64,000 nt of DNA from Conidiobolus incongruus B7586. Taxonomy: Eukaryota. The stretch spans positions 1 to 64,000 of the forward strand of contig JNEM01013441.1 in NCBI GenBank assembly GCA_000697335.1. Reading direction: 5' to 3'. The notes under the pieces are model-generated. The model was not told the origin of the DNA and made no database searches. It worked only from the letters and a program-made list of their open reading frames with translations. The translations under genes and the position numbers were made by a program. Shown here piece by piece: positions 13,674 through 27,329 of the stretch (its first letter is position 1; the number at the start of each line of letters is the position of its first letter).

Positions 13674-13770
13674 CAATATTAACATATGAAATAATTTAAA
13701 TAATTAACCATTTGAACAAAATAATTATGGGATATAAGAATTGGAAAATATCATTTTATTTAATATTAAA

Positions 13771-15706
13771 TTAATAAATTTGCTCAATATTAGATAAACA
13801 CTTCTTTAAAATATTCAATTCATTAATTCTACAAATTATACCAAAATATTCTATATAATTTCTATTATTATTAAACTAAATAAAACAATATTAATATTTG
13901 GTTTAAAGGTTAATATTAATAGTATTTACCTTTGATTTTAATTCGTCAAACACTTTTGACAAATTCGAATCAATTTTAATCTCTTTTAGATCATTCTCTA
14001 TTAAATATTTAATCAAGTTGATAGCTTGCCTATGCTCATTAGAAATGGTTAGTTTTCTCTTCTTCTTGGATGGTGTGGTATCTTCAAAGTTGGAAGAGAG
14101 TGGAAATTGGTTTATAATTTCATCGAAATGGTGTAAAAGTTCATCGGAATCTTCAGACGTGTCGAAGATGCATTCTTCAGAGAATATTGTGTGGAGTAGG
14201 CAGATTAAACTCTTAGAGAATTGGCCGTTGAATTCAATACCATATTTCACTTTTTCAATGAGATTTTTGATTTCTTCTTCATCAGGATGCCCCTCATCTT
14301 CGTCTTCATGAGATTCGTCTTCTTCCATTTGAGAATCAATTTCAGAGTTGTCTTCATCAATTACGTCCCCGTCAATATCAGAGTGAACAGATTCCAAATC
14401 AGAAGTATTGATTTCTACTTCATCTTCTTGATCTATATTATCATCATCATCATTGTCGTCGATTTCATCTTCATCTTCAGCCTCGCTTTCGTCATCCTCA
14501 GGAATCAAATGAGGAGCAATTAAAGGGAACAAATGGGGAGACCAATTTAAAAACTTTCCAATTCTCTCTTCCACAAGCTCTGGCTTTAATTTGGTGAGTT
14601 TACAAACGGATTGTCCCAATTTGGTTAAATCGAAGTAGATGATATCGAAAGGATTTTCAGGAACGCTAAAACCGTATCTGGTCAATAAATAATCGTTTGG
14701 TAAGCCTTCGCCATAAGTGTTAAAGACTTCTTCGCCCTTCTTGGCAGGCCTTACAACTCTCATTTCCATCATATAATCGTTGATTTCATCGTCTTGATCT
14801 TTTTTGATTTCATCGATTTTGGATTGAGCTTGGTTATTGTCAGGAGATGCAATATCCAAAAGAGGCGGAATATCATAATCTTTAAATATTTCTTCAGTAG
14901 GAATTGGTTCTTCATCATCCAATTCTTCCAATTGCTCGTAGTGAGCGCAAGTGCCATTACTGCCACAATAGGGACATACGTCATTATCGCATTCAATATG
15001 AACATTTTCAGCAGTGATGTGATGATTGAAAAGATCGGCTAAAGGTACCATAGCTCTACCATGAAAGTTATCTACATCAAAAGCTCTAGAAGAGATCCAA
15101 GATGTAACTTTAGTATAAACATCATAATTAAAGTATTCATCCTTAAAAATTTCTCTATTAGCTTCAATAAATGGCTGAACGATAGTTTCGTAATCCTCCT
15201 TCAATTCCTCTGTCAATTTGATTAATGTACTCAACACTCGAGTACCCTTCAAAGTTTCCAATTGCTTTTCATTCCAGAATAATGGTAAAGGTTCATATTC
15301 GGGTAATGAATTTAAATAAGCGTACCATGGGGATTTTTCTTGCATTTGGAGTTCGAACATGATGGTTAGGGCCAATCCAACTCCTCCACCGATTTCGTTA
15401 TCTTCTAATAAATTACTTAAACCTCCCGATTGACAACTTAATATACTGGTTTTGGGAATTTTACAAACTATTTTTTTAAAAAATTAATTATATTATTTAA
15501 ATCAATAAACTTCAATATTAATAATTACCAACTTCATCTTCTTCAATATCAGACTTAGCACGAACAAAAAACGATTCATCCTTTGTATTCTGGTGATTTA
15601 CGACAATTTCTAATAAGTCAGTATTAAACCAAATATTTTCAGATTTGAACCATTTTATTAAATTGTTTAATTTTATTGATTGGCTATATTCTTTAAATTC
15701 TGACAT
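13771..15706 (-). CDS. SET-domain protein lysine methyltransferase (SETD6/Rkm3-Rkm4 class), 3 exons
   Basis: SPWYAYLNSLP, LPLFW, SRAFDVDNFHGRAMVPLADLFNH, GEEVFNTYG, LLTRYGF, with a long acidic insert. The last exon ends at a TAA at 13771. Confidence 0.88.
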
Positions 15707-16403
15707 TATTTTTTGATATTTTATTAAAAATATTGATTAAAATCACAGATTAATATATTTAGGCTTTGATTTAATGATTTTGAAATTGTGGGATATATAA
15801 ATTGTTGACTGTAAATTTAAATAAATTTAATCAACAAACAATCAAATTATTTAAAATAAATAAATTTTATCAATTAGTAACTAATTAATTTCAAATCTAT
15901 ATAACTTTTATGTTCAGATAATTTTTATATCTTTTAATATATCTATTAAGATTTTAAAAATATTTTAATATTTAATTAAAATTATAAATACTTGAATCAA
16001 ATTCAAACTGAATTTAATTATAAAAAATTGATATATTGAATTCTACATAATATAAATTATTTTTATTTAAAGATCGCAATAAAATTATCAAATAGATTAA
16101 AATTAATTATATCAATCATAATTCATTCAAATTCGCAGTATCATAATGGATATTTAAATGAAAGAGTTATTCAAGTTAATATTTTAGTCAGCAATAAAAA
16201 CGATATTGTTTTAGAATGATTTAAATATCATTGGTTGGTAAAAATATATGAAGATCAAAAGCAAAATAATCAAGAAAATTACAATAACAAATAAGTCAAT
16301 AAATGCCTAAAATTTATAATTAATTTAAATTTTTAGAAGTTATATTTCATTTAATTGATTAAAGGATTTTTTTGAAATAGAGGATAAAAGAGAGAGATTG
16401 GAA

Positions 16404-17917
16404 TTAACGATCGACTTCACCGAATACTAAATCACTAGTACCGACAATTGTAACAACATCAGCTAAAGTGTGACCTCTGGCTAATTCGTCCATAGCAGCC
16501 AAGTGAGCGAAACCAGGGGCCTTGATGTGGCAACGGTAAGGGCGATTGGAACCATCAGAAACAATGTAGACACCGAATTCACCCTTAGGAGCTTCAATAG
16601 CAGTATAGGTTTCACCCTTAGGGACGTGGAAACCTTCAGAGTATAATTTAAAGTGATGGATCAAAGCTTCCATACTTTCTTTCATGGTAGCACGAGGAGG
16701 AGGGACAATCTTAGCATCGTCAACCTTGACGGGACCTTCAGGCATCTTGTTGAGACATTGGTTGATAATACGGATAGATTGACGCATTTCTTCAACGCGA
16801 ATCAAGAAACGATCGTAACAATCACCAGTGGTACCAACAGGGACGTCGAATTCGACTTGATCGTAGGCATCATAAGGAGCTTCCTTACGGATATCCCAGG
16901 GGATACCAGAACCACGCAGCATAGGACCGGAGAAACCCCAATCTAAGGCCTTTTGAGCGCTGACTTTACCGACTTCAGTTAAACGGTTGATCCAAATTCT
17001 GTTTCCAGAAAGCAATTCTTCAACTTCATCTAAGCGAGAGGGGTAGTTTTCGGCCCACTTGTAAATATCTTCCAACAAGTTGATAGGAAGGTCTAAGGCA
17101 ACACCACCAGGCCTGACATAGGCAGCGTGCATACGAGCACCAGAAACACGTTCATAGAATTCCATCATACGTTCACGTTCTTCGAATAACCACAAAAGAG
17201 GAGTGGTAGCACCAACGTCAAGAGCGTGAGAACCGACAGCCATACAGTGATTTAAAATACGGGTGATCTCAGCAAACATAGTACGGATCCATTTGGCACG
17301 TTCGGGACATTCAATATTTAATAATTTTTCAACAGCCAAGGAATAACATTGTTCGTTGGTCATCATAGAAACGTAATCCAGACGATCAAAATAGGGTAAA
17401 GCTTGCATGTAAGTCTTATACTCACATAACTTTTCAGTACCACGATGAAGTAATCCGACGTGAGGATCAGCACGTAAAATTTCTTCACCACTTAATTCTA
17501 AAATTAAACGCAATACACCGTGAGCAGCAGGATGTTGAGGACCAAAGTTAATAGTGAAATTTCTCAATTTGGTATCGTCAAAATCGTTAACCTCTACAAA
17601 ATTAAGAGTTAATAATTTGTTTTAGTAATAATGAAAATAATTGATTTTAATGGTAGATTAATTCAATATAGAGATTTTGATTAAAAAATTTTAAGATTTA
17701 AAAACTAATCATTACCAACATAAGGAGCGGTGTCTTCATCACCAGACCAAGGTAAAGGACGAGTAGCAGCAGCTAAAGCGGGGTTGATTTTCTTTTTATG
17801 AACATGAGGATTGGCAGTTGCCATAGATCTGGCAATGTTCAAGTTGCTGAAAGCGAAGTTTTTAATTGAAGAAGTGTTGCGAAGTAAGCTTTTAGAAAGC
17901 AAAAATCTTGAGGCCAT
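16404..17917 (-). CDS. NDUFS2: NADH:ubiquinone oxidoreductase 49 kDa subunit (NDUFS2/NuoD), nuclear-encoded, 2 exons
   Basis: [36 protein letters not shown]-terminal DLVFGEVDR. Exon 1 encodes an Arg/Ser-rich mitochondrial presequence. Confidence 0.97.
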
Positions 17918-20161
17918 TTTTGAAGTTGATTATGATAATTCAGATAAGTTCCAGCAAGGGTAAACAATCAAATTGAAGGTGATAGCTACAAATAATATGA
18001 AAGAATAAAGATTAATTTGTATATTATCAGCTGATTGATGATTGTATTATAAATCTTTCAAACTAAAATCAACGTTTTATGATAAAGGTTCCAGTCAAAC
18101 TATTTACTATTTTAATGATTAGATCTTATCAATTAAAAATATGGTATTAATTTGTTTCATCATTCATCATAAAAATTTCATTCTTTCCTTTTTAGTACAC
18201 ATAATTATCTCAACTTTATATTCAAGTTTACACTTCTTAAATATAATATTTTTTTCATAAATAGTATTACTTCAAATTAAAAAATAAGGTATTTTTCCAT
18301 AACTTTTTACTAGAATATATACTTCAACTATTTGGCCTTATATTATACAATTATATTATTAATAAATTAATCACAAAAATTAAACAAATGGAAAATATTA
18401 CTTGATTTAAAAATATATTAAGATATTTATTACAATGTTTAGTGTATTTTATTATGATAACTCTGAATATTTTATCAAAGGTTTTTATAAACTATGATTG
18501 TATTACAAAGCATTGAATGGATGCGAAATTTTTCTATCAGAAAACTAATGAATATAAAATTTGTTAATATGTATACATATGGTATAGTTTTTAAACATCT
18601 CATTTTTATATGTAACATATTGAATATTTTGAGACCAATTCTAGATAAATTCATATTAAGGTTAGTATGATTTTATCTGTACTTGAACGATAAATAATAA
18701 TATACTGTTTGTAAGATAAAATATATATATATAACTTTTACCTTTATTGATTGAAGCGATATTATACTGATCAATGTTAAATGACAATTGATCATATGAA
18801 CCTTCACTGTTTTCAAATAGGCACTGGAAATAAAATTAAAAAAATATACTTGAATAGTTTTACATATTTAATAAATACATAATAATTTTTCATATTTTCA
18901 TATTTTCATGATGAATATAAAATTACAATATTAACTATTAATATTTCATAATATTGATGATTATTATAAATATTGGGATTATATATTTTAATTCAACTTG
19001 TAATCTCATAACGATTTTTTGCTTTAGCTATTAGAATTTTTTAATATCTCATTATTTTCAATTATCTAAATAATTTTATTAATACATAAGTTAAATTCAA
19101 ATTTCAATGACTTTTATATCTAATACATATCTTCATTATAGTTTACCTGATATACTTTAATGTGCAAATAAAATTCTTTTGAACTCCACTATTGCTTAAG
19201 ATTTCAGAAAAATCATGATAGTGCTAATTTATTCTTATATAAGTTACAGTTGAGAAACATAGATAATACATATTTTAAAAATGATATTAAAGGATTTTAT
19301 GTATTTCTGTATCGTGTCAATCTGTATTATCATATAAAATCAACAAATCGTTTACTGGATTGAAACATTTAAGTAGTAGGACAACTGCTATAGATTGTGC
19401 TTATAATATATCACTTTATGAAAATTTCATCACATATTCCAATATACTGAAAGTTCATTTTCAAAAATATAAATAAATGTTCAATTATAAAACTTAAAGC
19501 TTAAATATGTATCTTCCTAATGAATTTATAGGTTTTGTATTATTTATATTTAATTCACATTAGTTTATAATATTGCAATTGTTTTTTAATAAAATATAAA
19601 ACAAAGTTTTGTAACCAATGGGTGATATAAATTAATGTTTGGATAATGATATTAGTAAGATATATCATTTTCAAGGTTTATCAATTCCTTGGATATTATA
19701 GGCAAATATTTATATTGCATTATATTAAGGGATATCATTTTGGACAATCCTTAAAATTTTCATAAAATATCGAAATGTTTGTTTAATATTTAACCTGATA
19801 TGATTTTACTTTATGAAAATAAGTATAATAAATATGAAATAAATAAATTCAAATCGAACATATAGATGTACTCAATTTAATAATTTAAAGATAAATATAA
19901 AATTAATAGAGAAATTTTGTGTTCTTTAAACAAGATGATGGGTATGCACTATAATTCCCCAATTTCAAGCTATATGATACATAAATAGTATTGAATCATT
20001 AATTAATCCCATGAATTTAACGATTGAGTCAAAGTATTTATTGAATTGACCACCTAATTAAATAATTCAAAATTACAAAAATTACTAAATTCAATTCAAT
20101 TAAAGAGTTAAAATAATCTTAATCAATTAAATTTAGTCATTTATTAAACAGATTTAACATT

Positions 20162-21985
20162 ATGGAAGAGAACGACATTTCTTCAAGCCCATTGACATCC
20201 ATTTTATCTTCTTTGACTTCGCTCGGGTCGAGTCCTCCACCCTCTCCTGAACTTCCCCCTATTCAGCCACAAGCTAAAATGGAATCCCCTGCTTCCAACT
20301 TGAAATCACCAATGAAACAATCTCAAAGGCTCAAGCGTCCAGTTAAGCCCACTGTCTCCGTCAGCGACCTTTTAACAGACTACAGTCATTGGGATTTTCG
20401 CTTAGGCAATATGACAATTGACCAAGCCAATAAAATTCTGCAAGCAGAAGATGAAGGGGAAGATTCTGAAGACTATATTTCAAGACAAGACTTTATTAAA
20501 CAGAGTTCTGAGTAAGTGTATTGTATAATTAAATTCAAATTTTAAAGTTTCTTAAACCATTTCATAGATTGGAAAAAGAAATAGAAAATTTAATTTCCCA
20601 GCAATTACCCAACTCTCTTAAAAAACCCACTTTATCCGATGCTGAAATCCTTTCAAATCATCTAGCAAATAAGAAAAACCACACCATATGCTCGGTATGT
20701 GACAATGAGGGAGATATGGTATGCTGCGACGGTTGTCCACGTTCATTCCACTTTTCATGCTTTGTACCTCCTTTGGATTCCAATAATTTACCAGAAGGTT
20801 TATGGTATTGCTATGAGTGCAAACCCAGAAAAATTGAAAGAAAGTCTACTAATCCTTATTTGAACAAATTTCTTGATGGAATATCTAAGCTCAATCCTTC
20901 ATGCTTTGAAATTTCAGGGAGTTTGATAAAGGAATTTCAAGGTTTAATTCAAAATCAAGAAGGAGATTATGTAGATAATAGAAGAGCTAAAACTGATAAA
21001 AAGAGGTAATATTATCTTTATCTACTTTATTTACTTTATTAATCTTTTCATAGATCTAACGAACTCGGAAATAATTGGGATAATATTATACTTAAAAATA
21101 TGGATTGTAATCCTCCCAAATCTTGTTTCTGGTGTAAGAAATCACGTCTTGTAGACCCATTAATTCAATGTGATTACTGTTCTTTAAATTGGCATTTAAG
21201 CTGCCTCAATCCACCACTTTCTGAGCCACCTAGGCCTGATAAGAAATTCATGTGTCCACATCATGTTGAACACCAAATGGGACCAATTTGGCAAAGAACA
21301 TTTAACCCTTATTCACTTACAATCGAAGATGACGAAAGAGAAAATAAGAAAATTAGACTAACTAGAATGAGTATTGATTCGTGGATCAGTAATACACAAC
21401 TCAAGAATAATAGTGTTGATTTTACGCAAGAAGAATCGGAATTAATAGCTCGGATATTTTGTGACAAAACCAAAAAGTAAGTCTAACTCGTTTTATTAAC
21501 TTTTTTATACTGAATTTTATTTAATAGAAATAAGCAAAATGGCGATAAAAATCACAAAAAATCAAAATATTCGAATGTTATCAATACGCATTCAAATGAT
21601 GAAACGGAGTCCTTTAGCAAAGAACTAAACCAGGTATGTTTAGCCACACTTTTTAGTAATATTGATATTTATCATGTCTAAATAGTTACTCAAATCCAAT
21701 GCATCCATCCAACACTCAACTTCGGAAGAAAGATTAGAACAGCTGTTAAACAAAATATCCGTAAGCTTTCATAAATTTTAAATTGAACTATTAGTCTAAA
21801 TCCATACTGAAATTATTTAGGAAAATACACAAGAATCAACACCCCCAGCTTCAACAGATGATACTGACAAAGCATTTGGTAAAATGGACTACTTTAAATA
21901 CTCCAAATTATCTAAAATTCAATCTCAATTATTACACAAAAATCCCAAGGAACTCATCCATGTATTGAAGTCAATCAGAAAATAA
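20162..21985 (+). CDS. Tandem PHD-finger chromatin protein (Rco1/Cph1-2/PHF12-like)
   Basis: Two C4HC3 PHD fingers: CSVC...CCDGCPRSFHFSC...WYCYEC and CFWC...QCDYCSLNWHLSC...FMCPHH. Multi-exon. Confidence 0.8.
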
Positions 21986-22679
21986 TTAATTAATTATTCA
22001 TCTAAAAAGTATTTTCAACATTGTAATATTTTATCCTGTATTATTACTCTAATATTTTATTAGCAAAATATAATAAAATTTGTTCTACTATTGTATCAAT
22101 AGCTTAAGATACACTCTAAGCCTTAATTAATTCTCTGTTAATCTATTTTATTCTTCATGAATTTGTAGATATAAAACAAAAAAGTTATTAGTTATATGTT
22201 ATAAAATATAATATATTTTCAATGAAGCCATTTATTTTGTTTTAATTGATTTTTGTAATGTAAATATCGAAATTTTAGAATATTTAGCAATATTAACCTT
22301 TATCATTTAGTTTTTAGATTAAATGTTTAACAAAATTTGATTGAATATTAAATCATACATTATTAAGTTTTAATTCATAATTAATATTGATTAGTTCTCA
22401 ACTATTAAAAAATATACAGTTATATTGAATTCATTTGAATTTAATATTGTTTGATAAAATGACTATTGATCTCATACGCAATAATATTATTATGAAAGCT
22501 ATTTAATTTTAATGCGAAAAATTTGAATTTAGTTATTAATTTATTCATTAAGCTATGAATAAGAAGCTTTTGAAAAACATAAGCTAATTTCATAATGATA
22601 TAAAAATTGGTGTTATATATATTAAAGAGTTCGAATATAAATAATAATTTTAATTAGGTTTTTAATATGTCGCATTGAA

Positions 22680-23998
22680 TTAAGAGGAGTAATCATAAAA
22701 ACCTCTACCAGTCTTTTTACCCAACCAGCCGGCATCGACGTACTTTTGTAATAAGATGGCTGGACGGTATTTAGAATCACCTAATTCGTTGTGGAGTACT
22801 TTCATAATGGCCAAACAGGTATCCAATCCAATGAAATCGGCTAATGTTAAAGGTCCCATGGGGTGGTTGGTGCCCAATTTCATAGTGGTATCGATATCTT
22901 CTCTGGAGGCAATTCCCTATAAGATTCAATGTTAATCAATTGAATCTTTGATGATATATCATATGTAGTAAATACCTCTTGTAAAACCATAACAGCTTCA
23001 TTAATGTAGGGCATCAGTAATCTGTTGGCAATGAATCCAGGAATATCCTGACTCGAGGTAGTTGTCTTACCTAGTTGAAATGTTATTATTATATTCAATA
23101 ATTAGTTGAATCGGATCAATTATAGTTACCCATAGCTTTGGACAAAGTTAAAGTCTTTTCCAAGGTATCCTTAGAAGTGGCTAATCCAGAGATAATCTCA
23201 ACTAACTTCATGACGGGGACTATTAATTAAGTAATCGTTGTTAAGTGATATTATATTAAAATATGAACTGCTAATCAAATTACCTGGATTCATAAAATGC
23301 ATACCAATAACCTGTTCAGGACGTTTTGTAAAAGCAGCGATCTTAGTGATAGAGATACTGGAAGTATTGGTAGCCAAAATGGTGTGTTTGGGGGTGACTT
23401 TATCCAAAGTTGAAAAGATCTTGCCCTTCAATTCCAAGTTCTCAGAAACTGCTTCAACAATGAAGTCGGATTGATTGATTTTATCTTCCAAACTAGTAAC
23501 AGTAGTAACGCGAGATAAGATATTGTCCTTTTCTTCACTAGTTAGCTTTTGCTTGGTGACATCTTTTTCTAATAATTTGTCTAGGGTTGAAATGGTTGAG
23601 TATTTTTATAGAAAAACATAATTTATGTAATAATATATTACCACAAAACTTGAGGCCCTTTTCCAATTGAGTGGGGTTGGTATCCATCAAGATAACGTTG
23701 GGGATTTTGGCTTGGCGAGCAGCTACTAAAGCAATACCCAATCCCATTTGACCAGCTCCAACAACACCAAAAGTGTTGATACCATGTTCAATAGACTATC
23801 ATATATAGATTGTTTAACTGTGTCATAAATCGATATGATTAGTAATAATTACCTTATTACTCTTTAAAATAGCATTAGTATTGAAATGACGAACCTAATA
23901 ACAACAATATGATCAATACTCATTAAACATATAATGCATATAATATTTACTTGTCTAATTAAAGAATTTTTAACAATGCGATTACTAGCCCTCAACAT
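22680..23998 (-). CDS. 3-hydroxybutyryl-CoA / 3-hydroxyacyl-CoA dehydrogenase, mitochondrial, multi-exon
   Basis: [13 protein letters not shown]ossmann motif, [65 protein letters not shown]. The N-terminal exons look like a presequence. Confidence 0.93.
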
Positions 23999-24939
23999 TT
24001 TAATAATTGAATCAAACTTAACAGTAACGAAATAAAATCACATTTTATAAGCGAAACTTCTTTTGTGGTTTATAATGTGATGGATGAAAATCAGTCATAT
24101 GAATTCAACATCATCCAATCACCACCTTAAAAATTATTTGATGGCTGGGCCAATAATTCACGTGAATTCATCATTTTTACTTATTATCCTTACTTTAAAG
24201 CAATTATTTCAAATTTATACAGATATTCAAATAATCATCAATACCAAAATAATTCTTAAGAATTCCCAATTAATCAAAATAACAATTCATTAATATTTAA
24301 AGCATAATAAAGTCCAAAATATGAACGCTAATTCTCTAATTCTATTATTAAGATTTATTTTAATATTCTATTCTCTAAATAATACTGTGAAGCAAAATAA
24401 TTTTTAGTATTAGGGGTCTATATTGTTGAAATTCTTTCAATCTCTATCAAAACTTAGGATTGTGTGATCAAGTCTTTAGATTTCAGTGGTTCCAATTGAC
24501 CTGTTCTACTATCATTAAAATTTCCATTCTTTTGATGGTCCATTTGAAAACTCTGCAACAATTTCTGTGGATTTGGAGGCAATGGATAATATTTCCAATA
24601 ATTCATCAGCCTTATCAAAATTTTTTGAAATTAAGATTTTGAGCATGATATTACCACGTTTTTATAATCTTTGATTTAGTTCATTCGTTGAAATTTTTGA
24701 AACTTAAAATACGTGAATTTATTGAATAGCCTAATTGTTTCATGGAAATGGATTTGTTTAATTTGAATAAAAGTTGGTTATTAGAGAAATTGAAAATAAT
24801 TTGTATTGAAAATAAAATAATAATAATATGCTTGAAAAAATAATAGTATGGCTGTTAGTTTTGAATAATAAAATAAAATTGAAGAATTTGAATAAATTAT
24901 TTTATTATATTTAATGATAATCAATGTGACTGTTATTAA

Positions 24940-25021
24940 GACACTTTGGCGGAGTGGTTAACGCGGCGCCCTGCTAAGGCGTTTCCCTTTGGGAGCACAG
25001 GTTCGAATCCTGTAGGTGTCG
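24940..25021 (+). tRNA. tRNA-Ser (GCT)
   Basis: GACACTT/AGGTGTC acceptor stem, TGGCGGAGTGG D arm, CTGCTAA anticodon loop, long variable arm, GGTTCGAATCC. Confidence 0.95.
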
Positions 25022-25312
25022 TTCCAAAGAATGATATTTTTTATAATAATTTATTGTATCATTTTTAGCATAAATATCCACCGAATTGGTATTTGTGTTA
25101 TTAATAAAATTTTTACAACATATATTTATCTTCTTTTTTATATTATCATCCAATTTAAGCTTTATCGTTTTTTTCAATAATTTGATATTAATAAAATGAA
25201 CTATTTCTAAAATTAGAAGTGATTATTTATTAAGGCTGATTGAATTAAAATATAATGGAGTTTTAATATATACTTGTATTTCAGAATAATTCTAGGGAAT
25301 AGATAAATACGA

Positions 25313-26773
25313 TTATATACTGATTTCATGGGTTTTCTCTGTCAAATCATTTAATCCGATAGCACTCAAATTGACACAATCTCCAATAATAATGCACGAA
25401 GGAGGGTTAATATCATATTGTATTTGAGTTTTATCCAACTCTTCCAACGTGGTTTTGATGCATCGTTCGTCCGGATGCGTACTTCTTTCGACGAACATGC
25501 AAGAAAGATTTTTGGGGTATCCCAAATCTATCAATTTTTGTTTAAGAGGTTTACATACTCCAACTGCCATCAGGTAGACGAGTGTGGTGCCTGACGAATA
25601 TGCTGGAGGTTCAGGAATGTTACCACCTTGGGATCTCGCTGTCAGTAGCATTAATTTGTCGCTAACACCGCGATGTGTTACCGGAATCAGTGAAGAGTGA
25701 GCACAGCTTATCGAACTCGAAATACCGGGAATTGAGATAGGTTTGTAGCCATGTTGTTGATAAAATTCAATTTCTTCACCTACGCGACCGAATACGAACG
25801 GATCGCCCTCCTTCAATCTGACTACTTTTTTACCCGCTTGGAGACCTTCTAGCACCCAATCGTTCAACTGCTGTTGGATGGGATCGGATGATCCTACGAG
25901 CTTTTTGGGAGCAATTCTGAGCTCGCCATTGACTAGATTTAATACTTTTGGTGATACGAGACGATCTGAAACTACTAATTCAGCTTCTTCGATTGCTTTG
26001 GCACCCGCTACAGTTAATAAGTCGGGATTACCTGGACCTGCTCCAACGATCGTTATGGTACCTTTACTTTCTACAAGTGAAGAATAATTGGGAACTTGAT
26101 TATTTTGATAATGATGCACCAACTGATCGATAATCGTTTGATTAATCTTTGCCAACTGATCATAAGACCACTTATCACACAAATCACAGCACCATTTCAT
26201 CCTCCTAGGCGCATTCTCATGACCAGGGTCAGCTTTCTGAATAGCTTCCCTAACCAATCCAAACCTGTCCATAGCTAATCCCGCATTCTTAGGTAAACTC
26301 TCAACCAATTTTTTACGTAGATTCTTTGCCAATCTTGGTGCCTTTCCGTTTGATGATACTGCAATCTGCAACGCATGATCTTTATGGTTGGACATGAACC
26401 AAAAATCACATTTTGGAATATCGTCAGCTACATTCACTGGAATTCCCCTTTGTTTACATAATTCGTAAATTCTCTGACCAAGCTCTGGAGGTTGATCAGT
26501 ACTCAAACACATGCTAACACCCTCCAAATCCTCAGGAACGAATTCCCTATCGATCCACTCCACCTCGTCATTGTCTATCCTAAACTGGACTTCTTCAGAT
26601 ACTTCAGATTTGGGACATACTACCGTGACTTTGGCGTCGGCTTGTAAACTTGATCGAATTCTGCTACTGGCTTCGTATCCTCCGCCTATTACGAGTATTC
26701 TTTGACCTTTGATTTGCCACGCTAGGATTAGTGACCCACCACCCTCAATTTTTTTAAACTTTGAATCAGACAT
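25313..26773 (-). CDS. Siroheme synthase: Met8-type precorrin-2 dehydrogenase/ferrochelatase fused to uroporphyrinogen-III C-methyltransferase; intronless
   Basis: The N-half has GGSLILAWQ, LVIGGG, VNVADDIPKCDFWF and IAVSSNGKAPRLA. The C-half has IVGAGPGNPDLLT, VVRLKEGDPFVFGRVGEE, IPGISS and PVTHRG. Confidence 0.92.
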   Translation of the reverse strand: MSDSKFKKIEGGGSLILAWQIKGQRILVIGGGYEASSRIRSSLQADAKVTVVCPKSEVSEEVQFRIDNDEVEWIDREFVPEDLEGVSMCLSTDQPPELGQRIYELCKQRGIPVNVADDIPKCDFWFMSNHKDHALQIAVSSNGKAPRLAKNLRKKLVESLPKNAGLAMDRFGLVREAIQKADPGHENAPRRMKWCCDLCDKWSYDQLAKINQTIIDQLVHHYQNNQVPNYSSLVESKGTITIVGAGPGNPDLLTVAGAKAIEEAELVVSDRLVSPKVLNLVNGELRIAPKKLVGSSDPIQQQLNDWVLEGLQAGKKVVRLKEGDPFVFGRVGEEIEFYQQHGYKPISIPGISSSISCAHSSLIPVTHRGVSDKLMLLTARSQGGNIPEPPAYSSGTTLVYLMAVGVCKPLKQKLIDLGYPKNLSCMFVERSTHPDERCIKTTLEELDKTQIQYDINPPSCIIIGDCVNLSAIGLNDLTEKTHEISI

Positions 26774-27329
26774 CTTTTTTACTGTGTTAGTTGTTTTAGC
26801 TTATATTCTTATTTATTGATATTTTTTAAATAATCAATTATATCTGGGTATTGAATGCTTTTAGAAGTATTTATATAAATTTGGAAAATGAATCACCCTG
26901 ATTAATTTTTCAAAAAAATGACGTGATTGGAATTAAAAATGATAAGGGTCTTTAGTACCCTAAAATTTCTGGTGACATTTTTCTAATGATTTTTAATTTT
27001 AAATTCTAAAAAAATTTACTATTTAAATTTTTATTGTAAAAATATTATATAATTAAGATTATTTGATATTTCAAACAACTTATTAATTTTTAATAAAATA
27101 TATATATAATAATTTTGGTTATCATATTAAATAGGAATAATTTCAATAGAATTTGAATGATTTTACTAAGTTTTTATACTTCCGTATATAGTGCTATTTT
27201 TTATTTAAACTTTTAATATAATGTTGATTAGTTTGTATTCCTTTCTCTAATTTGTAATATAACAGATTCTTTTCAAGTCAATCAGATCGCCAAATATTAA
27301 CAAAATAAACGCAAAGTTAATATATTAAT

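Noticed and set aside
16404..17917. nad7-like gene as a possible NUMT or recent mitochondrial transfer
   Set aside because: It has a spliceosomal intron and a presequence, and nuclear location of the 49 kDa subunit is normal in fungi.
18340..19560. Possible decayed F-box/LRR-type pseudogene (similar patch at 41780-42700)
   Set aside because: No consistent frame or motif could be assembled by eye.
22680..23998. Bacterial-like 3-hydroxybutyryl-CoA dehydrogenase as an HGT candidate
   Set aside because: It is intron-rich, has a presequence, and belongs to a family widespread in fungi.
24084..24745. Short ORFs and coding-like sequence between the dehydrogenase and tRNA-Ser
   Set aside because: Interrupted by stops on both strands, with no motif or coherent splice model.
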